Shown: positions 12,706-26,591 of the stretch, piece by piece
Numbering within the stretch: position 1 is the first letter of the stretch
Layout of the letters: each line of letters opens with the position of its first letter
The notes under the pieces: generated by a model
Databases searched by the model: none
Told to the model about the DNA's origin: nothing
The model's input: only the letters and a program-made list of their open reading frames with translations
Translations under genes and position numbers: made by a program
Assembly: GCA_000165425.1 (NCBI GenBank)
Contig: CT868081.1
Coordinates: forward strand, 1 to 51,533
Source: Paramecium tetraurelia
Taxonomy: Eukaryota
Direction: 5' to 3'
DNA: 51,533 bases

Positions 12706-13728
12706 ATGTAATATTCTCAATCAAAATAGAAGTATAGGAAATCTACTAGTTCGCCAATTCTAAGATCCCAGAGTCTCCCAGCAATAAATGAATTGAAATT
12801 TGCAATGAGAACCAGAGCAGGGAGCGATTAATAGCATTCAGTCAAGATCAACTAGGACAGTTTTATTGCTTGTCGATTGTATGAGGAATAATAATGATAG
12901 TAATGGCTATTAATTCTTTGCTATTTGTGATGGTCATGGTTAAAATGGGCATCTAGTCTCATAATACCTAAAGAAGAACATCCCAAGTATAATTTATGAG
13001 AATTAGTCATTCTAAGGAACTATCTAAAAGACATGTCATTGAATTCAGAGGGTATCAATTAAGCCATAATTCGATCATTCTTAAAAATCAATAAAGAACT
13101 ACATTAGAGCAATATTGATACCACTTTGGCAGGATCCACTATCGTATCAATCTTGATTAAAGATTAACAAGTAGAGTATGCGATCTGATTATATAGATAT
13201 TTTGTGCAAATGTTGGTGATTCAAGAGCAATCATTTGTCAAAAAGTCAATACGTGGATGGCCATTTAAATAAGTATTGATCATAAGCCAAATAATGCCAA
13301 AGAAAGAGCCAGAATTATCAATGCTGATGGCAGAATATCTCACAGAAAGACTTTAGAAGGACATCCTGCTGGTCCAGAAAGAGTGTATCTCGCATTTTCA
13401 GACACTCCAGGACTAGCAATGACGAGAAGTTTTGGGGATAAAATAGCAGCAAAAGTAGGAGTTATAGCAGAACCAGGTATTGCTGATTATATTATAGAAA
13501 GAGATATTAGAATTTAGGAGAACCAAGGCTCATAAATTTATTGTACTTGCCTCCGATGGAGTTTGGGATTAACTATCGAATGACGAAGTTATGGATTTGA
13601 TTCTGCCATATTATAGAGATAAATAAGTTGAATTAGCCAGTGAACGAATAGTGAGGGAAGCATTTAATAGATGGAAGCAGTTTTCCATTCTTAGAGATGA
13701 TATAACTTGCATTGTAATATTTTTATGA
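12706..13728 (+). CDS. Protein phosphatase 2C (PPM family)
   Basis: KINQDSF, FAICDGHGQNGH, AGST, ANVGDSRA, DHKP..ERARI, PGLAMTRSFGD, VLASDGVWD, RDDITCIVIFL-TGA; several short introns. Confidence 0.95.
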
Positions 13729-13770
13729 TTTAATCTAATCAGGTGTATTATTTATTTAATAATTAATACC

Positions 13771-15220
13771 ATGTTCTATCTATTGAGCATCATCTTGATT
13801 ATGAACCTTGCTAAAAGTCAAATTATAGTTGACTTAAGTGAAAATGAGTATTGGACTACTTTTTTTAATACATCAAGTATGATTACTTTTAAAGTAACTT
13901 CTCTACAGAAAGAGTTTTGTTACGTTAAAATTGAGTTATCCTCTAAAGATCCTACCTTTTAATTGATGGCAGATTATAAAATTAGACCGAATATCAGTTT
14001 GATTTCATCGTATAAATAAGGAGAAAAGATTGACAGAATAAGGTTAGAATGATATTGATTTTAGTCAACTTGAAAATAGAGAAACTAGATTCTTAAAGTT
14101 GAAGGGAAAAATTGGAACAATATATATAACAACTACAGCTGATTATAAATATAATTAATTTTAGATTACTATCACTGGTAATAATGAAGTTTAATGTGAC
14201 AATGAATGTAATAATAATGGAATTTGTAAAGTATAAATTATTATGATTTTAGAGTGATGGTTGTCATTGCCAGAGTTCCTAGATCGGTAATGATTGTCAT
14301 CAATTAGCAACGGAATTATAAGGAGGTTTTCAAAGAGATGTAGATTTTCTGATTGATGAAACAATTAAGTTCATCTCAATTGATCTCTCTTATTTTATTG
14401 GATAACAATTGAAGCTGGAATTCGAAGTACATATAATTATCATTAATATCTAGGCTGATTGTGACGACTGCTTAACTATTATCATTTATAAAACTAAAGC
14501 TCTTTTAGGGCCAGAAGATTCCTTAAATAGCAATTATACTTAATTATTTTACATGACTGATGGATCTACTATTATTCAAACATAGATACCACAAACATTG
14601 CCGACTTCATAATAAATTCTATATCTTGCAGTCTCCAAATAGTATTCTATTTATGAAAGTCCTCATCTAAAAGTTAAATGTAACTATTTTTCTGAACCTA
14701 TTGATGATTCAACTGATTATAGTAATAAATTACTATATATTATCATCCCAACCGTTATGGGGTCGATACTGTGTTTTATCATTGTAGGATGTCTATTAAG
14801 AAGGAAAAGGACCTATATAAGTCAAACTGCCTAGGTTGCACAAGATCCATTTTCTAATTAAAATAGAAATGCAAATGCTCAAGATCCATTTTCTTAGTAG
14901 ATTAGAATGGTAGCTTTTCATAATCCTATACAACAATAATATCCTTAATAACAATTTCCAGCTTCCTAATTTCTTTGGCAAAAGGAAGAAAATAATAATG
15001 ATGAAAATGATAAATGTATTATCTGCTTGATGTCACTTAATAATTATAATAATCGGACAATTAGAATTAGATGCGGGTATATACAATTATTAAAGTTAGT
15101 CATATATTCCATAGAAATTGCATCCAAGAATGGTGTTAAAAATAGATATAATCAAAAAAGGATCACTAAAGCGATTGCCCCTACTGTAGATAACCTATGG
15201 ATCTAAATGAAATTTTTTGA
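13771..15220 (+). CDS. Type I membrane RING-H2 E3 ligase with EGF-like ectodomain (copy 1)
   Basis: Signal peptide MFYLLSIILIMNLAKS; EGF CDNECNNNGIC..GCHCQSSQIGNDC; TM LLYIIIPTVMGSILCFIIVGCLL followed by RRKR; RING-H2 CIICL..CGHIFHRNCIQEW..DCPYCR. Confidence 0.9.
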
Positions 15221-15348
15221 TGCATCCATCTTCAATAATTTATAATCATTTTATATTTTATTATTATTATTAATTCCTTTAAGGATAGCCTAGAAATTAA
15301 TTCTACTTCAACTTTAAGTAAAGTAATTATTAAATTTATCATTTAAGA

Positions 15349-16762
15349 ATGATCATATATCTTTCTCTATTATCCTACTGTGTTTCCTAGATAATTGAAG
15401 TTAAGTTCAATAGATCAAAATGGGAAGGTGAATTTCAAAGTTCACCCAACAATACTTATAGAATTACATAATCAGAATAGTAAGAAGTATTATACACAAT
15501 TGAAGTACGTTTTGATGAGATGAATCAAGATTTTATGTTGTTAGCTAACAATCTTGAACCTATTTCTAATCCTTTTTCTCCAAATCTCAAAGATGGAGAA
15601 AATATTGATTTGATAAAGTATCTATTTTTAAATAATATTCCATAGTCTCTATGAAAACAGACTAGAGAGATTTCTCTCAATCTCATCATCTGCTGGCGAC
15701 ATATATATTACTACTATTAGTAACATTGAGGGTAGAACTTACAGGATTATAATAAAAAATAATCTATCTTGGTAAATTTTTGATAAAGGTTGGTATTTTG
15801 ACAGATGCTAAAACGGTTGCAATAACTAAGGATATTGCGCAGTATTATTAATACTATATTAGTATAAGGAATGCAAATGTTCTAAAGAATATATAGGAGT
15901 CGATTGTAAATACTTTGCTACACAAATGCAGAATAACTATATATTCAAACCAAACTTTACCAGAGGGAATGATTTTGCTTTAATGTCATTTCCCATGGAT
16001 GGCTTTTTGCTGGCTGATAAATTTATTTTAAAATTCCAAGTAATTTAATTCTTTTAAAAATAGACAAGTGATGACTATGGTTACTAGATAATTGTCTACA
16101 AAACAAATGCTATTATTAATCCTTCGAATAAACTCATACATAACACAGACTTATGTGATTTGTATGAAGTTTCTAAAAACAAAGAATTAGAATTTAATAT
16201 CCTAACAATTTATAGACCTCAGGGTTATAAATTAAATTTTGGAATTAAATCTATTAATACAAATTTTGACTCGCAAGATTTAGAGATCTTGTTAGTTGAT
16301 TCGTTTAAACTAGTGGTTAAAAATAGAAGTAAAGATGTTTTACTTTCAATCATGATCTACTCTTGTGTCCCTTGTATTTGCATATCATTTTGTGAATTTA
16401 TTCTTCTCTTAATGCAGAGAATACAAACACAAATACAAACACAAACACAAACACAAACACAAACACAAACACAAACACAAACACAAACACAAACACAAAC
16501 ACAAACACAAACACAAACACAAAATTCTTCTATTAATTCGTTTCTCCCTTAATAAATCAACTCAGAAGAAGAATGTAGCATTTGCTTAGAATCCCTCAAT
16601 TCAGCTTAACTGAAATAAACTATATGCAAGTAAGATTTATGAATTATCTATAGTCATTTATTCCATATCTAATGTATAAATTTATGGTTGTAAAAGGGAA
16701 ATCATAAATGCCCTTTATGTAGATCGAAGCTTAAATTTAAAATATAAAATATCACAAATTGA
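15349..16762 (+). CDS. Type I membrane RING-H2 E3 ligase with EGF-like ectodomain and (QT)n tract (copy 2)
   Basis: Signal peptide MIIYLSLLSYCVS; EGF CQNGCNNQGYC..ECKCSKEYIGVDC; hydrophobic VLLSIMIYSCVPCICISFCEFILLLM; RING-H2 CSICL..C-x-HLFHIQCINLWL..KCPLCR. Confidence 0.88.
16421..16522 (+). repeat. Hexanucleotide microsatellite (CAAACA)n encoding (Gln-Thr)n
   Basis: 17 six-nt units, 14 of them perfect from 16436, in frame within the RING ligase. Confidence 0.97.
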
Positions 16763-16845
16763 AGACAATTTGAAAGACTAAATTAATGGGTTATGTAACC
16801 TTGATTATTAATATTTATATTATATAAATTGTTAATAATTGATAC

Positions 16846-18464
16846 TCATTGTCTTTTATCAAACCTTTCTAACTTTGCTTCTTTTTCCTTAAATTCTCTT
16901 CTATCTTTTTCATATTATTGTTCATTAAAAAGTTAACATTCCTAAAATTCAGGCACCTTGGATAACTTATTTTGAATCTACTTAAGATTATATTCTTAAT
17001 TAAATTCAATATAAATATATTTATAATGGATTGTCCTGGAAGCTGATAAATCGTATTATTATTTCAACGTATTGACAATGTTATCAAAAGCAGACTTTTA
17101 AAATTATTATCTTTAATTCTTTTATATTTATAAGTTTCTTCGATCTTCCTCTGGAAGCTTAATGTAGATGACATATTTTTAATTTAATTTAATATCTTCA
17201 GCACTGTTCAAATTAATACTGTAATTGCTCTTAAACTAATTTAATTTATTCTTTTGGTTTTATAATTCCTGTTGTGTAAAGTCCTTCGTTAAATTTATAA
17301 ATATAAATCCAGTCATATAAGCATCAAAACCAGCTGTGTGATATAAATTTTATTCTAATTCCACGTCAATTTAAATATAATTCATATTACTTTTGATAAA
17401 TTCTGCTAAATTCTCAATGGAAGTTGAAGTTTCTAATTTCCCTCTGATTTTCTCTAATGGTTAAGCTGATTGAATTATATATTTAGTATCATAGATAGGT
17501 GGCCAATTTCTAGCAATATCTTCCTTAAATTCTTCCCATGATATTGGAGGACATTATACAAAATGGCTATAACAAAACATGACATCGGCAAAGCAATTGT
17601 GTCCTACCAAATACTTTTTGGAATTCAAAATGCATTCCCAAATTTAATAGAATCCTGTTTTTGTTTAAAATCTATCTGCTTTAAACTTTTATCTTTCATC
17701 ATCCTTTGCCTATTTCTCTGCATTTGTTAATTTTGTGATTTTCATCTCTCCTTTTAGCAAAGATTCTCCAATCATATTCTTCTAATAAGCCTCCAAATAC
17801 GTATATATGACTTTTCTTTGATATCCATTGGTTGTTTCTATCGTTGTCTATTTATCATCTGATTTATTGAATTTTTCAAGTTTATCAATTAAATCTTGGA
17901 TCTATCTTATATATTCTATGACTTACGGTTTTCTTATCAGCTGCTTTGACATCATCCAAGATTTTTTCGAATTGAGTCTTCAATTCCTCCTAATCCAATT
18001 ATTGGAAGTCCTTGTTATAATCCTCTTACAGCTTTTAATATTGTGCCCTATTTATATAGCCTAATCCCTTATTAATCCACCTATTCCAATCCATGCCATG
18101 TTCACTATTAAAAAATATTGCCCCTACTTACAAACCCACGAAGTCATCTAAACTAATAATTATAATATTGTCTACTCTTAAGGGAATAAATAGAATGTAT
18201 AGGGATACGCTTGATATCCTTTTTACGATTTAATAAATATGCTCAACCCAAATTGAATGATATTATATTTCATACTTACTTTTCGTGCCTATTTGTCATT
18301 AAAAATACCTTTAAGTATCGTTCGAAGGGCAATTCTTCAAATGTGTCCTAATAATCCCCTTTGATTCCAGTTAACTCTAGATCAAACCCTAGAAAATCGC
18401 AATGCTTTATCTGGTCCATTATTGTTTATTTGTGTTACTCGAAATTATCAAGGTCGATAAACAT
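16846..18464 (-). CDS. PARN: Poly(A)-specific ribonuclease PARN-like (CAF1 family DEDD exonuclease)
   Basis: CDFLGFDLELTGI, PFERYLK, IIQFGLSIF, YPYTFYLFP, LVGHNCFADVMFCYSHF, YDTKYI, HTAGFDAYMTGFIF. Confidence 0.9.
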
Positions 18465-18496
18465 TCTTAATATTTACTATTATTAATTATATGAAA

Positions 18497-21400
18497 TCAT
18501 TTCTTAAACAATATCTAAACAATCCCCTTCTTTTTATCAGCAGGTTTTACTGCTAATTCATCCAGAATTTCTTCCTTTTCTTTTTCTGAGAATTCCAAAA
18601 ATTAAAACAATGTATTTAGTATAGCCTCTGCTAAATCATAATTTAGGTTTTTGGGTCCACAAGCTGTAAGAAACTTCTTCAAACAATCTCGTAAATGAGC
18701 TTTAGCATGAACAGCTTGAGGATCAACAGATGTCTTTTGCATAGCCATCATCTTATGTTTATACTAAAATAAATTTTAATTATTACATCTCTGGCCAAAT
18801 TATTTAATTGCAGCATTTATTCTTCCTTTGCGGCTATTCTTTCTAACAAAGTTTAAAATTTAGCAATAATTTTCACATTTTCATCATTGGCTGCCTCTAA
18901 TTTCGATTTCAAAATATTAACTTCTTCAGTATGTGAAAGTTATTACTTATTTGAAGTTGAATTCTAAAGAATAATTAATGTCACATACTTCTTTCTTATT
19001 TTTGTCATTATTGACAATGGCCGAGATATCAATGTCACCAATAAACCCACTGATATCATTCTCATTGATTTCTAACTGATGTTCATTCGATGAAAAACTT
19101 AAATCTTCATTTTTCTCTTCCTTGATATTACTCAAAGCTGTTTTGATTGGCAACTTCGCCTTCATTAACTAAATATCCTTTTGGTATGCCAACAAACTGT
19201 TCTGCTCCTATTAGGATAATTTAAGCTAAAAATAAAGTCATTTTGTTACATAATTCTAAGCATAAAATACAGCCTATTAATTTCTTAGATACTCATCCAT
19301 TAAAGACTGTAAACATTAGTAATAAGTAAACTTTCTCTCACATTGTTTCTCATGTTGAGATTTAAATTATCTTAAATAGTCTAGTATATTATCTTAATTG
19401 AATAATGCCTTTATTTCATTTAATATGGATTAACTTTGATTTGAATCAGTCTACAATTTAGTAATCTCAACCTATTTAGTTTCAACTGCATTCGTTAATA
19501 CAGAATTTTAGCTCTTTAACTATTATATTTCTTCATTTTTTTCTTCAATTAATTTGAGTTACTCATTTTCTCTTATGGAATTTTTCCTCATATTTTCAAG
19601 TTCACTTTTTAAATTTTAAATCTCCAGATCCTTCTAAGATAATTATTTAATCCCTTCATTATCCTTCCGACTCTAAACACTGTTCTCCTAGTCTTTTAAG
19701 GCTTCAATTTCATTTTATAATGCTAAAATTTCACCATCTTTATCTGCAAACAATTTCATGGCTTCATTTTCCCTCTTACTATAACCAGCTATATCTATCT
19801 CTTTCTAACTTAAGGCTTCTTTCTATTACTCAAGTTACTTCCTCAAAGCTGAAATTTATGAATTTAAATTCTCAATCTAACTATTCAACCTTTTCTGTTC
19901 TTTTTATAACAGAGCTTCTGAGTCCTTTAATTATTAATCTAATTGCTATTGTTATTATTCTTTTTATGCTAAATTTTCATTCAAAAGAACTACCCTATTG
20001 TCAAGCTCTATTTTTTAAGTATTCAGCTAAGATTTACTTTCAATTTCCTATTATAATTCTAATTTTAATTGTTATATCTCTAACTATTAAGAATTAGCCT
20101 ATAAGGATAATTGATTATTCTGTTCTTTAATCTTCTCATAGTCTGTCTTTTATAATGCCATCAACTCATCATGATCTTAACTCAGTTAATTATTCTATTA
20201 CAATAATTTTTGTTCTTATGCTTAACTTTCTTATATAGAATGTGTTATTTAATCTTCCTTCACCTTCAGATCACTTTCTAGTTGCTAAATCTTTTATTCT
20301 AAATGATTTATCTACTCTTATAAAGAAGCTATTAGTTTATTTTAAGCTTAATCTGCTTCATTTTTATTTGTGATTTAAACTTGGTTTTCAACTAATTCTT
20401 TATTATTTTTTTTCAATTCTAATATCTCGTTATTTAAAGTGGTTATTCTCTCTTACTATTCATGATTTTTCTGATTTAATTAACTATAATTTTGTGCATC
20501 TTGATTGATTTACAATTATAATTTCTTATTATTTTACTCTAATTCGTGGTATGAATGTTGCAAAGTACTTAATTCTTGTGAAATTTACTAAACACTCTAT
20601 GTCTTTTCTTGAATTTGACTCTCAAGCATAGTATTTTATGATTGTATTTATTGTATCTTATTGTTTATTTTTTCCATCTCTTTATTTTGTTACAAAAGCT
20701 TATTTTCCTTTTCACTTAATTCTAAATTTTTTTTTTTAATTGTTTAATCTAAATCATTTATAATATCAGTATTATTTGTTATTATAACATCTTTTGCCTC
20801 TAAATTCTTCTCTAATTCAAGTTTGAGATCATTTAAACGATTATTTTCAATTTTCATTTATTTAATTTCGTTCACTTATTGATCAATTTGATTGGATCTT
20901 TCTATCAAATCATCTCTTAATTTGGAACATCTTTCCTATTCTTTATTCAATTATGATTACATTTCATTAATTTTTGTTTCTTGTATCTACTTCTTTTACT
21001 CTTATTCATTTATTATTTATTCTAAATTCTATATTTAACACTAATCATTTTACACTCTTTAATCTAAACTCTAAATCTATTATTTTAATTCATTATTCAA
21101 ATTTTCCAAATTTGCTATCGACTTATTCAAATTATTTATCTACAATTGCTAATTATTTAGATCTTATTCTTTAATTTAATTATGTAGTTGCTAAGTCTGC
21201 AAATCTAATGATTTTTCATTAAGTTCATTTGATAAATTCGATATTTTGAATTCTTGTTACTAAGTCAATTACTGTAATTCTTCAATCTAATTCTAAAATT
21301 GTTGTAATGATTATGTATCCTAAGCCTTTTATTGTTCAGACAGAATTTAATATTTTAATTCTTATTCACCAAGTTTCAACTCCAGTTTTTCAATTGTTTA

Positions 21401-24400
21401 TTTGAATTTGTCTGATTATTCTATTAAGTTACCGATCTAAGTCAGTAATTTCTAAGTTTCTGAAGATTACTAAATCACATTTTTGATAAGTTCTGTTTCT
21501 CTTACAACCAATTCTGAACTAAATTATGCCTTAGTTTCTTCAAGTTGCTAATCATTTTTGATATTAGTAATTGCTAATTGTTTATTCAAATCTGTTATTG
21601 AATTCAACTATTCATTCAGCAATTATGATAATTTGATTTTCTCTTTATTGTCTAGATCCTATGATTAAATTTATTATTATATTTAAGAATTCAATTCCTA
21701 AATTTATACTTCTTGTCTCTTTAGATTTTCTCTATTGTGATTTTCTGTTGTTTTAAGAACTTCAATTTCTTATTGAAGACGTAATTAATTATCACTTTAA
21801 TTTTATGATAATTTTTCTATTTATTCTGATAGTTAAATATTCTTTTAAGTCAGGTCTTAATTTATTGTCATGAGCTCTTCATTTTCTTAATGTTGTGAGT
21901 TAAGCTCTTCAATTTTTAATTGATTTTCCTTTAAAAAGTTCGATCTTTCTGTTTAGATTTCTCTTTGCAACTCTGAAATTCTGGACTCCAATTATTATAT
22001 TAAATCTTGGGCAGAACTTAATTCAGATTCTACATCATTTACTCTATTTTAAGAATTTTCAAGCAATATTTATTTTTGATTCAACAAAATTTACAATTTC
22101 TCAGTTTCCTCTAATTCTAATGTCAATCGTTGTATTTTATCAACTTATTACTTTTTTTCATCCTCAAAATCTTACTTCATTTTTCTTATCGACAATTCCA
22201 ATTATTAGATTTGATTTTAATAAATTCCTTGTTAATCAGTAATGGCTATTTCATCCTTTTATTTTAACATCATTTATTCTTCTAATTTCTTGAATTTATT
22301 CGACAATTCTGAATTTTCGAGTCTCAATTTTTGATGTTATTATTCAAATAAAAGACTTTACTGCTTTTACTATTAAATATGATCTTTCTTTTAATTCTAT
22401 AACATTTCTATTTCATGTTGCTTCCCTTATATGATTTAATCCTTGAAATTCAAAGACTCCTATAATTTTGATATTGTCTAATTAAGAGTAGATACTTGTT
22501 TCTCGTGATGATGGATTGCCCTTTCCTGAACTTATATTTTTTGATTTAACCCCTAGAAATCCTTAACCTATTATTGCAATTGAGTTATTTCCTGACTCTT
22601 ATTTTTTAACATCTTATCCTTACTAGTAATTTAATCCAATTAGTCGTTGTTTGCCTTTGTTAAATCTCTTATCTATTATTCAAAATTAGATAAACTCTTA
22701 TTCAAAGAATCAATCTATGATTTTAAATGGCCTTAGATAGTTGTCTATTCTACACTTTTGCTTCTGAGCTATTCAGGAGTGTCATTCAATATCCTACTAT
22801 TACTTTCATATTATTAGATTATTTAATCCTTACTTTGTATTGTGTTATCCAAAATATGAAGCTATTCTGTGTGTTCCTACTCAAGTCTTTTGATTTAATT
22901 CTTTAGATTGTTTATTTCATCCTCATAATTTAACAATTTAACTTCCTATTACTTGTATGCGATTTATGCTTGTTATAAATCATTCTCCAATTGCTTAATC
23001 AATTGCTGTTGGGTTTCTAATTCTTATTAAGATGCCAGATCTAATTGGACAAGTATTTATTGTTCTGAATTTCTATTTTCGTAATCCTCTTTTTGTGTTT
23101 ATAGGGATTGAACAATTTATTTATTCATTAATTCATCTCTCTAGTATTAGTCAGATAGTTCTTAGTAAGATTGCTTTAGATCTTTGTACTTTTATTTTAT
23201 TTCCTGTAATTTTAATTGATTCTATCCATTTTCTCTTTCTTTCTCTTCTTTTTCAGCCTTGAGTTTGGATAATTGTTAATTGAGTTGTTCGACTTCAGAG
23301 GTATAATCTCGAGAGCTGTGTCTAAGTAGAGGATAGGAAATTATAAATACATATTCTGTTTTTACTTGAGATCAACTATTTCTTAACTGAGGGATTTCAA
23401 CTTTTAACTTGAATCATCTTTATAATTTTTATACTCAGAATTTACTTCAGTTTTTTATTTCTGTACTAACTAATTAGAATATAGTTACATTGTTTTTAGT
23501 TTTCAACAGCTTTAGAGAATTGGAGTTTAAGTAATTTACTTTCGTTTTCCAATGATTTCACTTTTTTTAAATGATTCTATATAATGTCGCTTTATTCCTC
23601 TATTTGTTATTTTAAATTCATTATTTCATTGTCCTTTTCAACCAATAGTTCTTAGAATTAGTTCATCTAAATTTCTATTAATTTATTCTGATTGCTCTTA
23701 GAGTCAAGACTTGATTGTGACTCCACCATAGGATTCTTTTGCTTGAAACCTATCATTATCTGAATAAATATCTTGAGGCCTTTGAGAATTTTACAATTAA
23801 TTAGAAAATTACTTATTTGAAAATTCTAATTATTGTTTTTTATTTTACAGTTTATTTACTTTAGCCTCTAATTTAGCGATTACTGCAAATAAGTTCTTAT
23901 TTTTTATATTCAAATCTTTATTCTAAATCTCTTACTAACGTAATTGAGTATTGATTTCAATAATTTTATTATGATCCTACTCTCTGCTCTAGAGACTGCT
24001 GGCAATTATCTAATATAGCTATTCAAAAGATTGAGGATAACTGTTCTGGTGTTTCTCAACCAATGAGTACAGTTTATTGAGATCATCCTTCTTGAACAAT
24101 TGATTGATGTTTGTATTGTTGAGTTGATGAATAGAAATTTGTGCTGCTTAGCAAATTTGATTGATTATGTTGTGCATATTGTTCCATCCCATTATAATCT
24201 CTCTGATATCTTTGAGTACCTGCATTTACAGTTTTTGTGAAGATCGCTAATTTATTAATTTCTTGGCATTAATTGATATGATTGATAGCTCTTAAAGAAT
24301 TTCAGTCAGCAAATCATCCGCCCTATACGTCAAAGGTGGGTCATACCTTATTTATTCAGTTTTGCGAGTGCCCTTGTCATCCATGCGTTTTAACAACTTG

Positions 24401-24717
24401 TCCAAAGGCTGTGTTGAAAATTAAAAGTTATCACCACTCATCCTACTCTAAAGTAGATTCGATTTAAGCACCGATATTTCCTTCTCAATTTGCTAATGAC
24501 TATCTTTCAGCATATTAAATCTAAGAGATGAGCCTAACAGCCTATCAGAATCCTAATCTTGATGCTTCGTAGTATATGAATCAATAAGAAAATTTTACGA
24601 ATTACGAGGACCATAAATCCCTGGAGATATAATCTATCTCAAAGGTTGGGGCGAACTTATTCCAGGTTAAGGAGAATAAAATGCTGTCTAAGTATTTTAT
24701 CTGCTTTATTTTTGCAT
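18497..24717 (-). CDS. Giant (~2000 aa) coiled-coil protein with C-terminal GRIP-like domain (golgin-like)
   Basis: MQKQSRQNTQTAFYSPQPG.., then about 5.5 kb of Q/E/K/L heptads with a few short introns; C-terminus AHLRDCLKKFL..AEAILNTLFQFLEFSEKEKEEI..GIVQILFKK-TGA. Confidence 0.82.
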
Positions 24718-24990
24718 TATTCAAATTATAAATAAATTATAATAACAAATAAATACATTACTACTAGATTATTTATTTTATCCACCTTTAATACCAATAA
24801 ATAAGAATTCTCATTGCCAATCAATTTATAAATAAAGAATGTAAGAATAAGGAATCTCCAGGACAATTGATTCTTCAATAATATATCCTGGAAACCTTAA
24901 TATTCTAGTTTTTTGTTTTAGATTAACAAAATGTCTGAATTTATACAAAGACATATAAATTTAATTAATATTTTATATTTAATTAATTCC

Positions 24991-26399
<1,409 letters not shown>

Positions 26400-26591
26400 T
26401 TATAACTCTTTCTTCATCATAATCTTTGACTAGAGAATGGATAAATTTTTCAACTATTTGTTTAATTAATTTTAAAGTTAATGTATAACACTTTTGCAAC
26501 TAATTTTATAAATTTGATTTACAGAACGATTATAAATTTATTGAGAATTTAAGACGTTTATAGAATTTAAAATATCTAATGAGAATTAAAT

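Noticed and set aside
16421..16522. CA-rich tandem repeat as a telomere or CRISPR array
   Set aside because: The unit CAAACA is not the Paramecium C4A2/C3A3 telomere repeat, has no spacers and lies in frame in a gene
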